A DNA stretch of 64,000 nucleotides from Amoebidium appalachense (GCA_963693365.1 CAVNZM010000009.1:6381045-6445044), one strand, 5' to 3'; shown: positions 1 to 43,258, counted from the first letter of the stretch. Notes: a model not told the origin generated them from the letters alone. Translations and numbers: made by a program.

Positions 1-540
1 CAGCCAAACTGGGTAGCCAATAGGATAGAGCTTTGAAGACCGCCAATCAGATTCTATGGCTCAGTCCTCAGGCTCACAACAATTTATCCAATCATGTTTG
101 TAGAATCAGTATACAAATATGTAGGAATGCATTTGACTTTGAGGCGGATGAACAGCGGAGCAGCTACTTAGGCATTACATAGGTGGTGCTTGTGGTAGTC
201 ATTTCGTTGCATAAAGTATCGTAGCTCGTTTGTTTAGGTAGCTTGTCTATATTTGTCTAAATACAGTTATAATTGGGTGCGTGGCACCGCCTGGGGCTTT
301 GACTTTCCTTCGTATACGACTCCTCGTGAGGGCTCTGATGACATTGTCGGTGCATTCCATTTGTATTCCGGTAATCATCATGTGCGGCCTGGCCTGGGCT
401 CGCGGCGGCTGTTGAGAGAGAGCTGGGCTCGAGTCCAGTGTGTAATTACGAAAACGAGCCCAATCTGAGTAGCAGCAGGCTACGAACCCAGTCAACGGGT
501 TCCAATTTTCTAAAAAGATTTGCTCGCGGCAGTACAAACA

Positions 541-699
541 TTATTTTGTGCATATTGCAAGTGTGAAATGCATGACATAATGCACGTGTCTTCCTGCTCG
601 ACCCTGTGTACCTGATGTCGATGTCCGGATCCGCATGAAAAAGCAAGCAGTCAAGCAGGATGAAGAAGTATCCCATCCCCCCTCCCTCCCTCCCCTCGA

Positions 700-740
<41 letters not shown>

Positions 741-989
741 CCCCATCTGATCATGAGGTTCTTCCTCCCTCCTACCTTCGAAGGTCTTCCCTCCCTCCCA
801 GCGGAGGCACGTACCAATTGACCAGCTGAACTTCACAAGATTGATCTCTCTCTTTATCTCCCAGTAAGTGGTGCACACACACACACGTCGTATCATGATG
901 CAGACATCAGGTGTATACACAGGGTCGAGCATGAAGACATGTACATTATCATGTCGTGCATTTTACACTTGCAATGTGCGCAAAATATT
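541..989. mobile_element. Degenerate foldback/MITE-like element with ~80-bp imperfect inverted arms
   Basis: 541-619 (ttattttgtgcatattgcaagtgtgaaatgcatgacat...tgctcgaccctgtgtacctgatgtc) is the imperfect reverse complement of 902-989 (agacatcaggtgtatacacagggtcgagca...cacttgcaatgtgcgcaaaata). No TSD was resolved. Confidence 0.55.
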
Positions 990-1430
990 AAATATGATGT
1001 ACGCTAATTAGTATTAGCTGCTGCAAAACTTTTAATTTGATGCGAGTGGTTATTCGTGATTTTTATTTTTTTATTTTTTCTTTGGTTATCAACACACCCC
1101 ACGAGGGTTGGCCTCAATTTATTCTTCATAATATGACGGTAGTGTTCAAGACAGTCACTTGCTCATCATGAAAGTATCTACATATGAATGCATATGGTCA
1201 CAAGCTTCCTGCGAAATCTGGATTTTCTGTTCCGCAAAAATACAACGGAAACCTCAAATAAACAGCCAACAAAGAATTTCGTTCGCCCACGCTGAACACA
1301 TGCCAGTGGGCGGCACAGTGTGCAAAATGTATGCGAGATTGGTGTGTGCACGCGCTCCTGGTGTGTGTGTGTGCATGCGCGCGCCCCTGCACGCACGTGC
1401 GTGGATGTGTCCGTGTATGTGTCCGTGTAT

Positions 1431-1505
<75 letters not shown>

Positions 1506-1765
1506 CACACACACACGCGTGACCTAGTCTTTGGGTAACGTGAGGTTATGGTGTGTATGGGGGGTTGGGGGGTTGGGGGGGGGGGGGGGGGGGGAACAGG
1601 GTAGGGGAGAGGGGGAGAAGAGGTTAGAAGGGCAGGCACTGCCAGGCAGTCCTAATCGTTAACAAGAAAGGCTCTCCAAGTAATCCCCCCCCCCCCCCCC
1701 CCCCCCCGCGCCCCACAAAAAAAAATTAAAATAAAATAAATGAAAATAAAATAAAATGAAAAACA

Positions 1766-2190
1766 CTACTTGACCCTGTCTATTTTGAGGCACTGGGCTA
1801 CGAAGTCAGTCACGTGATGCATCTCCAATGGGCATGCCCCGTGGTCCAGCCCAGGGTAGATGCGCTGCTGCACAGTGAACCCCTTGGCTTCCAGCCACTG
1901 CCGTCCTCGATCACTGTAGCTCACTACAAGTGTGTGTGTATGGATGTTGTACGTGTGTGTGTGTGTGTTTGTGGTGAAAGTGTGTGTACGAGTGTGTGGG
2001 TCTTTGTAGGTCTGTGTGAAGGTGTGTGTGTAGGTTCGTGTGTATGCGCGTTTACCTGTGTATGTACGTGTGTATATATGTGTGCGTACGCGTGTGGGTC
2101 TTTGTGCAGGTGTACGTGTGGACGTCTGTGAACAGGTGTGTGTACGTGTGTGTATGCGCGCGTGTGTGCGAAGTTGTGTGTGTGTGTGGG

Positions 2191-2226
<36 letters not shown>

Positions 2227-2510
2227 GGGGAGGAAGGTTAGAAAACATAACGAAGTACGGAGCACACATTCACGACAGCCAACACAATTCAAATTTGACC
2301 GGGGGGGGGGGGGGGGGGGGGGGAGAGGAGGGAGAGCGGAGGTGAATTAGGCAGGTGAGTGGGGGGAAGGGGGGGGGGGGGGGGGGGGGGAGGAGAGGGG
2401 GGATGTACACAGCACAAACTCAAATTACAACAAAATCGCCGAAGGCTTCAGATACGCAAAGAACAACATACACATTGGGTGTGCAACATTGTTGAGAGGG
2501 AGTGGTTGCG

Positions 2511-2585
<75 letters not shown>

Positions 2586-3701
2586 GGGGGAGGGGGGGGG
2601 GGGGGGGGGTTGCAGTGCATTAAAACACCAACAGGCCAAGTGCAACGCATAGGAACACAAAGGGACACCCAGACGTGTACGATTGTGTGTGTGTGTGCGC
2701 GCGCGGGCGCGCAGGCACGTGTGTGTGTGTGTGTTGTGTGTGTGTGTGCGAGCCTGTGTGTCTGTGTGTGCGTGCGCGTGCATGTGCGCGTCTACGCACA
2801 CGTGTATGCCTTTGTGTGTGTGTTTGTGCAGTGCCGCTGCAGTTATGAAGAAAGATTCCATACCATCAACCATGGAATCATTATCGCCGTGACCCAGAAA
2901 CACAGGCAGTGTGTGTGCCTCCTTATCCAACCCCTCGAGTAGGGCAGGGCCCCTCGGCATGTACGTGCTAAGTGCACACAGGCCGGCAAGACGGGGTGTG
3001 TGTCTAATGGCTGTGTACGTGGCTAAGCCCCCACCCTGGCTGAATCCAGCTAGAAGAATCTGTGTGAGGGAGATTCGAGGGGGAGGAGAGGGTGGGGGGG
3101 AGAGGGCAGGGCCGGGGGGGGGGGGGGGGGGGGGGGTAGGGTAGGTGGTGGAGGAAAGGAATAGGAAAGGTGAAAGGGTAGTTTGAGGGGATGTGGGTTG
3201 GTGGGAAGTTGGGGGAAGTGAGGGTGGGAGTGGGGAAGGGAGGCAGGGAGGCAAGAAGTTAGGGAGGGAGGGGGAGAGGAGGTGTGGTGGTGGTGGTGGT
3301 GGGGAGGGGGGAGGGGGGAGGGGGGGGGGGGGGGGGGGGAGGAATTGAGAGTCCTAAGGTTTAGGTTCAGTACGTACAGGTGCTGTTCCAACACAGCTCT
3401 AGGGCTAACCTCGTGCGCATATTTTGTCATGCGGTTAACGGACTAACAACTTATCTGTGAGTTGGGAGATTGCTATTGGACACGGTATTTTCACAGATGA
3501 AATATCGAAATTCGCAATATTGAGCATCAGAACCCGGAACTTTTCAGCACTAGACCTTAACCAAACGCCAAGTGGCGTTCCCATGCCCGCTGAGAGAAGG
3601 GTGTCGACTATCAACCTTTAGCGTGCAATTCCCATAGCATTCTTTGCTACAACGGCCATATATAAGTGCAAAAAAAAAAGAGGGTATGTATTATTTAGGC
3701 G

Positions 3702-3735
<34 letters not shown>

Positions 3736-3757
3736 AGGTGGGTGGGTGGGTATGTGT

Positions 3758-3788
<31 letters not shown>

Positions 3789-4841
3789 GGTTCAAGTTTC
3801 GACTACATAGGTGAGTGCTGCCGACCAGAACGGGGGAGAGCACGTGGAACAAGTGAAAAGCAGCAAAAATGTGTGTGCAGATGTGTCCCTTCCTGTATGT
3901 ATTCATATGCACTTGGCTTGGTCTCTTTCTCGAATTTTTTTCCCTCCCCAGAATGGGTGCCGACATTCGTGCGGGAGAGTGTGCGGCAGGATGAATCGGA
4001 AAAAGGACGGAGAAAGAAAGAGAGAGAGAGACCAGGGGGGGGGGGGGGGGGGGTTTGGGCAAGCACACACACCTTATCATAGGCTATACCCCGATCGTGT
4101 TCATTCTTGATGAGAGAGCGAATAAACTGACTGCTCTCTTCCACCCCTTCAAATGGCTCATCTATTCTATCTGCAAGCCTGTGTGTGTGTAACCGTACTC
4201 ATCAGCACACATGCACACAAAGCATTAAAGCACTAAGGAAAGAATGTGCATGAAAATATCTCTATCATGGGCATGCGTGCATGGCTCTGGGTGTGTGTGT
4301 GTGTGTGTGTGTGTGTGCATGTGTGTGTGTGTGCGTGTGTGTGCGTGTGTGTGTAGGTGCGTGGGTGCGTGTGTGTGGTATGTGTGTGTTTGTGCTTCTG
4401 TGTGTGCACGTGCGCGCACGTGTGCATGTAAATGTTTGTGAGCGAGAAACTCTGAAGTGATTGGTGAGCAAGCGTGTCGAGTGCGACTGTGTAAACGTAC
4501 GTGTATGTGTGCACATGTACCTGTGTGTGTAGTGTGTGAAATGTAAGCAGCAGCAACCCCATATTATAATTCTTCCCCCCCCCCCTCCCTCTCCCCCCCC
4601 CCCCCCCCCCCCCCAAATACACACACACACGCACACACACACACAACCACCTACCCTTGTATGTCGTACCATGCCGTCATCATTAACCCATTGTTGATAC
4701 TGACGGGCCTTCTAGGGGCGGTGGGGAGCACAAACTTAATTCCTGGGAGCGAAATTCCCATCTCTTCCATAGGCTCATACCAACCGATACCAAAGTCCCC
4801 AAGGCCGTGTAGCCAAATCACTGTGTGTGTGTGTGTGTGGG

Positions 4842-4884
<43 letters not shown>

Positions 4885-4889
4885 AAGGC

Positions 4890-4969
<80 letters not shown>

Positions 4970-6061
4970 TTTGCGTGTGTACGTGTGCGTGTGTACGTGG
5001 GAAGGGGGGGGAGGGGATTAGACCAACCACAATGAAATCCACAAATCCGCAGGGTGTGTGTGTGTGCAAGCGTGTCTCAGTTCCCAGCTGAGACCACACA
5101 CTATTTGAAACACAGTCCGTCCGTCTGCTTGTCAATATTTTGCTTTATTGAACGTGCACTGCCAAAAGGGAAGTGGGGGGGAGGGGGGAAGGGGAGGGGG
5201 GACGGGGGAGGAGGGGGCAGCGGCACGAAGAGTCTTGACAGAGCTAGAAGGAAATGGTGAGTACGAGGAAACATATATCATGGAATAAAAAAGTATACGT
5301 ACTTGTTTTTTTTAAATATCTTTTATATTTTTGATCTCGGAGGTTGCTGGAAAGAATTCCAAGGAAGGGGCCGGGGCAAGATGGGGAGAGGGCGGCTTGG
5401 GAGGGGGGGGGGGGGGAGGGGGGGGGGGGGGGGGGGGGGGGGGAGGGGGGGTGGCTGGGAAGGAGGGGTTTGCTCTTGTTGAGGCTTGCCAAATAGCAAG
5501 CCCAGAATCTAAGCACTTAGGAAACAAAAAGTGTCTGTTTGTGAAGGTAGTTGGGGGTGGTTGCATGTGACCGAACGGCTGGATGGAGGGGGGGGGGGGG
5601 GGAGGGGGGAGGGGGTGAAGCATGAAGGGGTGGGTATGGGAAGACCCTCGGGGGCGGTGGTAAGGGGAAAGGGAACGGGGAGTATGGAAAGGGGGAGGAA
5701 AGTTCGGGATGGGGGATGAGGGAGGGGGTAAGGGGAGGGGGGGGGGGGGGGTCCGACAAGCAGCTAAGGGTTCGTCAATGTTTTGCAATGTTTTGTTAAA
5801 TGACTGGTGTGTGCTACAAGAGGGAAGTGTGGAAGTGTGAGAATAAACTGCAAGAATACGAGTGTTTGAGAGAGGGGAGAATGTAGGGAGTAAATAAGGT
5901 TGCTTTCTTACCCCGGAGGGGGGGGGGGGGGGGGAGGGGGGGAGGAGGCAAGGGGCAACTGGAGAGATTGGGAAAGCGAGGGAGATGGGGGGGGGGGGAG
6001 GGGGAGGGAGGGAGGGGGGAGAGAGAGAGGGGAGAGAGAGAGAGAGAGAGAGGGGGGGGGG

Positions 6062-6143
<82 letters not shown>

Positions 6144-6441
6144 GGGAGAGAGAGAGAGAGAGAGAGGAAGGGTGGGGGAGAAAGAGGGGGGGGGAAGAGA
6201 GAGGATGGGGGGAGGGGGAGAGAGACGGGGGGGAGAGGGGGAGAGACAGGGGGGGGGGAGGGGGGGGGAGAGGGGAGGAGAGAGAAAGGGGGGGGGGGGG
6301 GGGGGGGGAGAGGGGGGGGAGAGAGAGAGGGGGGGGGGGAGAGAGGGAGAGGGGGAGAGAGAGTGAGAGAGGGAAAGTGAGAGTGAGAGGGAGAGGGGGA
6401 GGGAGTTGGAAAGTGAGACGGAGAGGGAGAGGGGGGGGGGG

Positions 6442-6528
<87 letters not shown>

Positions 6529-6848
6529 GCAGAGAGAGAGAGGCAGAGAGAGAGAGAGAGGAAGAGAGAGAGAGAGAGGGAGGGAGGGAGGGAGGGAGGG
6601 AGAGAGGTAGGGAGGGAGAGAGAGCAGTATGTGTATGAGCACGTTACTGTGCCTGTGTTTTGGGACGCAACCCCACCTGTAGCTGTGTGTGGCCCTCTGC
6701 TTGGTATCTCCACCGTCTTTCCAGGAGCATAAGTAGCCATGTTTCTTTTCCTTACTTCACAATACAGCCTTAACGAGGGTGGGAAGAGGCTACTTGTTCC
6801 AGGAAGCCTAGAGAGGGTTCGGCGAACGGCTGTTGCACTGGAAAACAT
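1766..6848 (-). CDS. LYPLA1: Acyl-protein thioesterase / lysophospholipase (LYPLA/APT family, alpha/beta hydrolase), 5 exons
   Basis: Exons 6848(or 6740)-6677, 4820-4655, 4178-4073, 3059-2864, 1923-1766, all GT-AG and in phase. Protein is 229 aa from ATG 6740. Motifs: [31 protein letters not shown] (Ser), HGDND (Asp), YPGLDHG (His). Confidence 0.93.
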
Positions 6849-7133
6849 TTCTTTGCCCTATGAGGTCAACTACAACAGAAATATTGTCCTACTTTTCCAG
6901 ACAAGCATCAGCATATGGGCTCTTGAACTATGCCGAGCTCTCAAACAACGTTCGTGGTTTCGGGCACAAAAGCACAAGCGCTTGCACGGGAAGTTGCCTT
7001 AAGAGACTTGTGCGGCAAGTGAACGGCAAAGATCTATTATATCTATGTATGTGTACACCTTCAGGGTTGCATGATGCTCTCGTACTCCGGGCCAGTGCTA
7101 CGCTAGCCGTACATGCGCATGCCACAGGGCTGA

Positions 7134-7635
7134 CAATAAGGATGAACTCTGAATATGGTCCTTGCTGAAGATGCAGGCGCATGTGTAGGATCCCTGTATA
7201 TGGCGGAGTGATAAGGGCGAACTCTGAATAGGGTGAACTCTGACTCAATGAAGGCGCAGCGTCGGCTCCCTCGGAGTGTTCCGGTGAACTCTGAAGTTAA
7301 AAGTGTAGGATCCCTGTGGCGGAGATAAGGGTTAACTCTGAATAGGGTGAACTCTGAAGATGAATGTGCATGTGCGGAATCCCTACATATATATTGTGGA
7401 GTGAACAGGGTGAACTCTGAATAGGGTGAATTCTGAAGATGAAAGTGCATGTGCAGAGCTCCTGATCGCTACATATATATTGCGGGGGTGACCTGAGCCT
7501 GATATGGCCGAGTGATTTTGACTGGTGAACTCTGATGTTTAGGTGTAGGATCCCTATTCGAAGGTGTAGGAGCCTGATATGGCTGAGTGATTTTGACTGG
7601 TGAACTCTGATGTTTAGGTGTAGGATCGATCCCTA
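7134..7635. repeat. Degenerate minisatellite, ~75-80-bp period, core GGTGAACTCTGA
   Basis: About ten (G/T)AACTCTGA-type cores, a recurrent GTGTAGGATCCCT, and two near-identical ~75-bp units at ~7495-7560 and ~7570-7635. Confidence 0.8.
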
Positions 7636-9029
7636 TCAGCATCTGGGTAGGGCCAGGCACACGGAGAGTGTGGGCTCTGCACGGCAATCTTGCTTGTCAC
7701 ACTGAAGTAAAATCAGTTTAGCACCACACCTAGTTCATGAATTCAGCCAGTCAGTAGCAAACTCAACCAGGTGAGGACATACTAACTGTTGTCGATATCG
7801 GCGGCACATGTCCTGTCACCTACTGAGGTGACTCGTATTTTTCCTTACACACACGTACAGCGAACACTGGACTCTCGGGACCGTAGAGCCGCCGCGAGAG
7901 AAAGCATGCACACGGTCGCTGGGTGCGAGGCGAGCGGCAAGTTCATAGCAGCCCAGGCACCGTCAGTACGTGCCAGGCACATGTCCACATGCATATGTGC
8001 AAGTACTTGCCACGGTGACCCAACTGACATATACCATCGACACGGGCTGAAGCCCGGCGCACTACACGTAGATGTAGTGGTGCCGTGTGCTCTCTCAGAA
8101 GTTGTGGTTGGATCACATACAACCCTGCCCACAAACCCTACCATAGCATGTTCGATGAATGATCATCTGTCGAAGCTCCAAGGCCATATGGCAATGTATG
8201 CAAACATGTTGCACCCTTTCAGGATGTTCACCTCACAACGGTTAACGTTGCAATTGCTTCCTGTGCCACTTCAGTCGACACTCCCGGTTATTTGTAAGGT
8301 AGGCCACACAACAAACAACAAACAGCAATGGCCACTCAGTGCCCGGTGAAATTCAACTTGGTGACAGCAACCACACGTTAAACCTGTATAACCTGGTGGT
8401 TGTGTACTTACGAACCAAATCTTTACTTGTTTTGCGTGCCCCTTTACCCGGCTGAAACATGCAGAGCCAGAGCAAAGCAGGCCTGAGAATCTAGGTACGA
8501 AACACGCGGCGAGGAGGATGGTTGGGTGGGTAGGGGCGGCGGTTGGGGGGGGGGGGGGGGGGGGGGGGAGGACTCGGAGAGGTGAGAAATAAGTTTCTTT
8601 AATAATAACAAAACTTCTAGGGATATGTTGGTGCTCTGCAAAAAAAACTATAACCCCTTGTGTGGGGCATAGCGAGGGTTGAGCACACGTCACTATTGCG
8701 CCTTTGATATAACCAACAGTGAAGGGTGGATGGCCCAAACACCGTGACGGTTGTCGAGAGGCGCGTGTTTGGTGCATGCTTCGAACAGTAAAAGAAGCCT
8801 TGAAGCACAAAACTTTGCTTGATGATGTGATGCAGAATCTGAAACGTAGGCGGATTGAACAAGTAGCCTAAGGAAGGCAAATGCATATACGTACTTATGA
8901 TTCAAGTGTTTGCCAACTTACACAGAGAGGAAGAAGGGTGGGTTTGGCGCGTGAGGGAAAGTGAGAAGCAGCACCTTCTAAACAAAGCCAAGCGCTATGC
9001 TTGTGCAGGACATGAGTTGAAATGTATCA

Positions 9030-10387
9030 TGCCAAAAGCGATAATGATCAGTACGGTATTGCCTAAGGACCATAACACATGCCGACTGAGTTTTACCTTT
9101 GATTTCTCTATCAGAACGAGAAAGAAACTTATACTGCGCAGGTATGGTAATAACTCGAAAGGCAGAAAAAACAGGAAGAGAAAAGAAAGAGGGAGTGAGA
9201 TAGCGAGACTCAGAGGAAGGATCAGGTTGAAAGCCGGTAGGCTGAGGACATTCAGAAGTGGCGTTGGTGAATCGGGGGGGAAGAGGGATGGAGGGAGGGG
9301 GACCCGGAAAGAAAGCATAAAGAGGGTGACCATCAGGTATCCTAACTAAATGAAAACAAAAACGAAGAGACAATTCCTCCATACGACAAGCAGCAGACGA
9401 CAATCCAAACATGCGGTAGGCACAAACCGAGTACTAGTACGAAACAAAGTGCGCAGCGCAGTACCCAGGCTGAAAATCGTCGAACTCTTTCAGCGCCACG
9501 GCCGCCTCGCGAGGTGGGGCGCAGGCCAATAGCGGAAGTCCATATTCGAACTTGAAAGTCGGCCGTAAAAAAGTTTATAGTAGAGAAGAAGGTTCGCAGG
9601 ATGGATCACAGACTGAGAAAGTAGCACACTTTGCAATTCCGACTGTCATGAGATTCAAGTTCTCGGTGCACCATTGATCCACCTGACGAAGCATCTGGTG
9701 CATGACGTCTTCGGTTAAGGAACAAAGACAATATCGTCCGCAAAAAGGAGACCCGGTACACGGCGCGCGGGTATGCAGTTGGCCAAAAGGTTCGAGGGCG
9801 CAGGCTAAATCGTCGATGAAAACGTCAAACAACAACGGACTCAGGAGGGACCCCTGCAGAAGACCCCGAGAACAAGAAAAACCGGGCGTTAATGTTCCAT
9901 TGACCGCCGCTCGTCCGCGAGTGGTATCGAACAGGGCTTGCAGAAGACGGCCAAAGGGGGCTGGCAAGCCCCGCATAGCCAGCTTATGCCATAACAAACC
10001 AGTGGGTACGGTGTCGTAGGCGTTCTTAAGGTCGATGAAGACAACGCGCGGAGAGCCAGAAGTAATGAATTCATGGAGTAACAGGCTGTGGGTATAACAT
10101 GAATAGGCATGACGAAAGCCCCCTTGAAGGGAAGAAAGGAACACGGCTTTTAAAGAATCGTCGGTGTTAAACGCGCGAAGAATGCAACCCTCGAAGAGCC
10201 GACGAAAAACGTTGGTAAGTGCGACAGGACAAAAGTCGTTAATGTCCCCCTGCGATACCTTCTTACGAACGGGCGTAACCGTGACGATTGTGTCAAGCCA
10301 CGAATTTGGAATATATGTCACGGCGTGCGTGTACACCGCACGGCATGTGTGACTGTGTGGTGCCGCGTGACCTCGACATATGTGCAC
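9030..10387 (-). mobile_element. Degenerate non-LTR retrotransposon (LINE) ORF2 fragment: RT plus thumb region
   Basis: RT motifs DFCPVALTNVFRRLFE, QGGFR, FIDLKNAYDTV and RGLLQGSLLSPLLF. The catalytic LFADDI lies in a shifted frame at ~9730-9747. Downstream L*TFLRP..FEYG and MFGLSS...RMEELSLRF. Contains stops and frameshifts. Confidence 0.9.
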
Positions 10388-10852
10388 CAGCAGGTCGTTG
10401 TCAAAAGGCTCTCCCGTGCTGTCTCTGTTGCTTAGTCACATAATCTTGTATGACATGTATGTGCATTAGAAGTGCGTTGACTTCACCCACGAGCGTCTGC
10501 ACAGTACGTGTTATATTCACATATGCATGCGCAAGCGCATGTATGTGATGGGCATCACGTAGATGTACGATGTAGCGTGCCACCTCGTGTACAACAATGC
10601 GGTTCACCGTTCCACTGGTTGTTGTTTCTTTATTTCTTCATCAGGTCTGCCTCAGACACTCCATTTGACAGTGTTTACTCGAAATAAAATATCCTCCGGA
10701 TCCACCCTTTTTTTGAGCTGGAGCAGTATGTACAGGCAAAGCCAAGCAGCTACCCCCCCCCCCCCCCCCCCCCCCCTCCCTCCCCCTTCTTATTAGAAAC
10801 ATTTTTGATCATGATAACTTAAAAATAGCATCCAGTGCTTTTCTTTGGTGGT

Positions 10853-10908
<56 letters not shown>

Positions 10909-11040
10909 TGTGTGTGTGTCACTGTGTGTGCGCGTGTTGGGAGGGAGGGGGGGGGGGAGGAGGGGGGGAAGGGGGAAAAAAAAAATGAGGGGAACAAGAA
11001 AAACCACGAAGAATAACAAAGGACTAGGGAATAATATGCA

Positions 11041-25008
<13,968 letters not shown>

Positions 25009-26451
25009 GCTTACTGACTAACTACTTCAGAGGAAATGCGCCAGAATCTCAGTCTTATAAGGGCTCCCGCTCCCCATGATCCTCCGTTTAGCTGAAGTTT
25101 AGTTGTAGGCTACACACAGGCAGGAAATCAGCTGCAAAGAGGATCGACAAAGTGTGCAGGGGATATTGATGCTACCAAAATGTAATGGTGCTACTAAAAA
25201 TAGAAAGACAAAAATAGAATTTCCGAGACGGCAGTGGCTTTCTCAGTTGCCGCTCCCCTTGTCTAGGCTATTTTTCACCCGGCTGAAGCGCCTGCCTGCT
25301 GCCCGCACTCTGTGTGGGAGGGTCAGGTGGGGAGGCTCACCCTGACCGCGCGAGGCAGGGTGACCGTTGCCGGCACCCCCGACTGGAGAGCTTGCCTGGC
25401 CGCACGCTGTGAGGCCGGGACCGTTGCTGGGCCGGGGGCTGTATATGTGTTGCTCAAAGTTTTTTTTTAACTCTCTCAGGGCCAGCCAGGATATTCCTAA
25501 AGACTTCCTACCTTTTTAGTCGTTTCCGCGTCAAGGCCTCGTTTATCTAGGAGGCCTTGTTCCGCGTACCGTTACACGCGTGTGTGTGGCGTTGTATTGT
25601 GTGCTGTGAGGATTGCAAAAGTGAAGAGCTTTCTTTTCAGCTGAAGCCCATGCATCTAGCGGCATGCCTACGCTGCTATGGCTATGTGGGAGGGGCATGC
25701 GGCAAGACTTGCTTTCGCGGCACGGTGGCTGGCGAAGTCAGCTATTCACCCGTGCATATATAAGAGCAGCCCGACCATGAGTGTGCATGTGCGTGTCGTG
25801 CGCCTTTTTCTGTTGCCTTATACAGATGTGCTCTGCTTCAATTACTCCCCTCTCCCCTGAGCCGCCCCCTTCTTTTGTAATGCTACAAGTTGCCGACATC
25901 GGGAACATGTGTGCTGATTCAGAACATGTGGTTGTGTGTGGGGAATGTGTGGTAACTCGCGGCTACCACTGATCATCTATCTGACCTAGGTCTGTCCGCA
26001 CAACCCTGCGCTACCATGGCCAGCTCCGGCACGGTCCATCGGCCCGCTGGATGCATGCAAGGCTTCACCCATGCCTCACACTCCTATGTACACACCCCCT
26101 ACCTCAATCACTCACCGACTTTTACTGATCATCAAGTTCTTCCTCAAGCTAATTACGTGTTGTTCCTGATCCCTCCCCAGCCTATCATGGCGCTAACCTT
26201 TGCCAGTGAGGCTTAAATTTTTGCACGGCCTCCTTAAGCTTCATTCACTCCTTCATTGGTTTCACATTCTCAGTGGACGCCCTCTCCTGCCTTTATTGCA
26301 CCTCCGTGGCTGAAGCAAACGAGTTCAAGTTTTTTTTTTCTTTTTTTTTTTCTTTTCTTTTTTTTTTTGCCCCCCACGATGTCACGTGTGTGCACAGCCT
26401 GGGCCAGCTGGCCTAGCCGCAGGCAGTGCAGGGAAAATGGCGCGAAAACGG

Positions 26452-26476
26452 AGCCAATCTTAACGAGTGACGTCAT
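26452..26476 (+). promoter_or_regulatory. Candidate CCAAT box and CRE-like palindrome upstream of DPH2, in the divergent TTC14/DPH2 region
   Basis: AGCCAATC followed by TGACGTCA ~350 bp upstream of the DPH2 ATG. Motif match only. Confidence 0.35.
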
Positions 26477-26823
26477 TTCACAAGTTTGTGCACGTGCGAT
26501 TGTAAACAAGGCCGACACTTGACTTAGGCACAAGCTACTCGGAGTACGTCAGTCACCAGTGACGAGAAGAGGGGATCGGGTCGTGTATGTGGGGTCGAGC
26601 TAGCACAGTCACACGTTTAGAGAAAAGCATGTGATGTGTTAAAATTACATTCCTTCTGTCCGTTTTCAATTAAATGTAGTCCAGCTTTTTTCTGCCTGAT
26701 TCTGCTTGATTCTCATTGAGAAGGGTAGTATTGCGTGCACAACAGATCCAGAGCCCTGGAACATACTGTGCTTGAAACATCCTTTGAAGGACCCAAACTT
26801 CCATCACAACAGCTCCACACAAC

Positions 26824-42599
<15,776 letters not shown>

Positions 42600-42929
42600 A
42601 ATGGATGATTGAATGTTTCACGGTGTGAAAGTCGTGTGTGTGCGAGCTTTTGTCCAAATTTGTGCGTGGCTGAGGTTACCATATGTAGGTGGATTGATGG
42701 ATGTGTATGTGTGCCTATGTGCGAGTCTGTAGGTATGTAATGACAGTGTATTATAATACGGGCCCGGTGAGCTGGCCCGGTGACTAATATAATTTCAATA
42801 AAGAATTTTGGAGACGAAGAACGAATTTGGCCATGGGTATTTATTCTTCCTTAAAGAGTTTTTTTTTTTTGGGATCCCCCCCACCCCTACCGAGCAATGT
42901 TCTTGTAACCGAAGGGGATGGAGTGTGTA

Positions 42930-42997
<68 letters not shown>

Positions 42998-42998
42998 T

Positions 42999-43034
<36 letters not shown>

Positions 43035-43258
43035 TGGTATCATGGCGACATTATTGTGCACGTAGCCTCGGTGACAGGTGGCCGACAAATCAAGAGTTTC
43101 TAAAGGGTCGGAATAGGCGGGATGGGGTTTCAAGGGAGCCTCGGAGAGGGAGGGGACGTCACTTTTTTGTGTGTGTGAGCACTAGTGGCATGGGGGTGCA
43201 ATGGGGAAAGGCTCTGTTGGAAAGATTGGGTGGGTGGGTGGGTGAGGGTGGGGGGGAA

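Noticed and set aside
7134-7635. CRISPR-like repeat-spacer appearance
   Set aside because: The repeats are degenerate, the spacers are related to each other, no cas genes are present and the context is eukaryotic.
7789-8349. 186-aa ORF in non-repetitive DNA
   Set aside because: Non-ATG start, no recognisable motif and no splice partners found.
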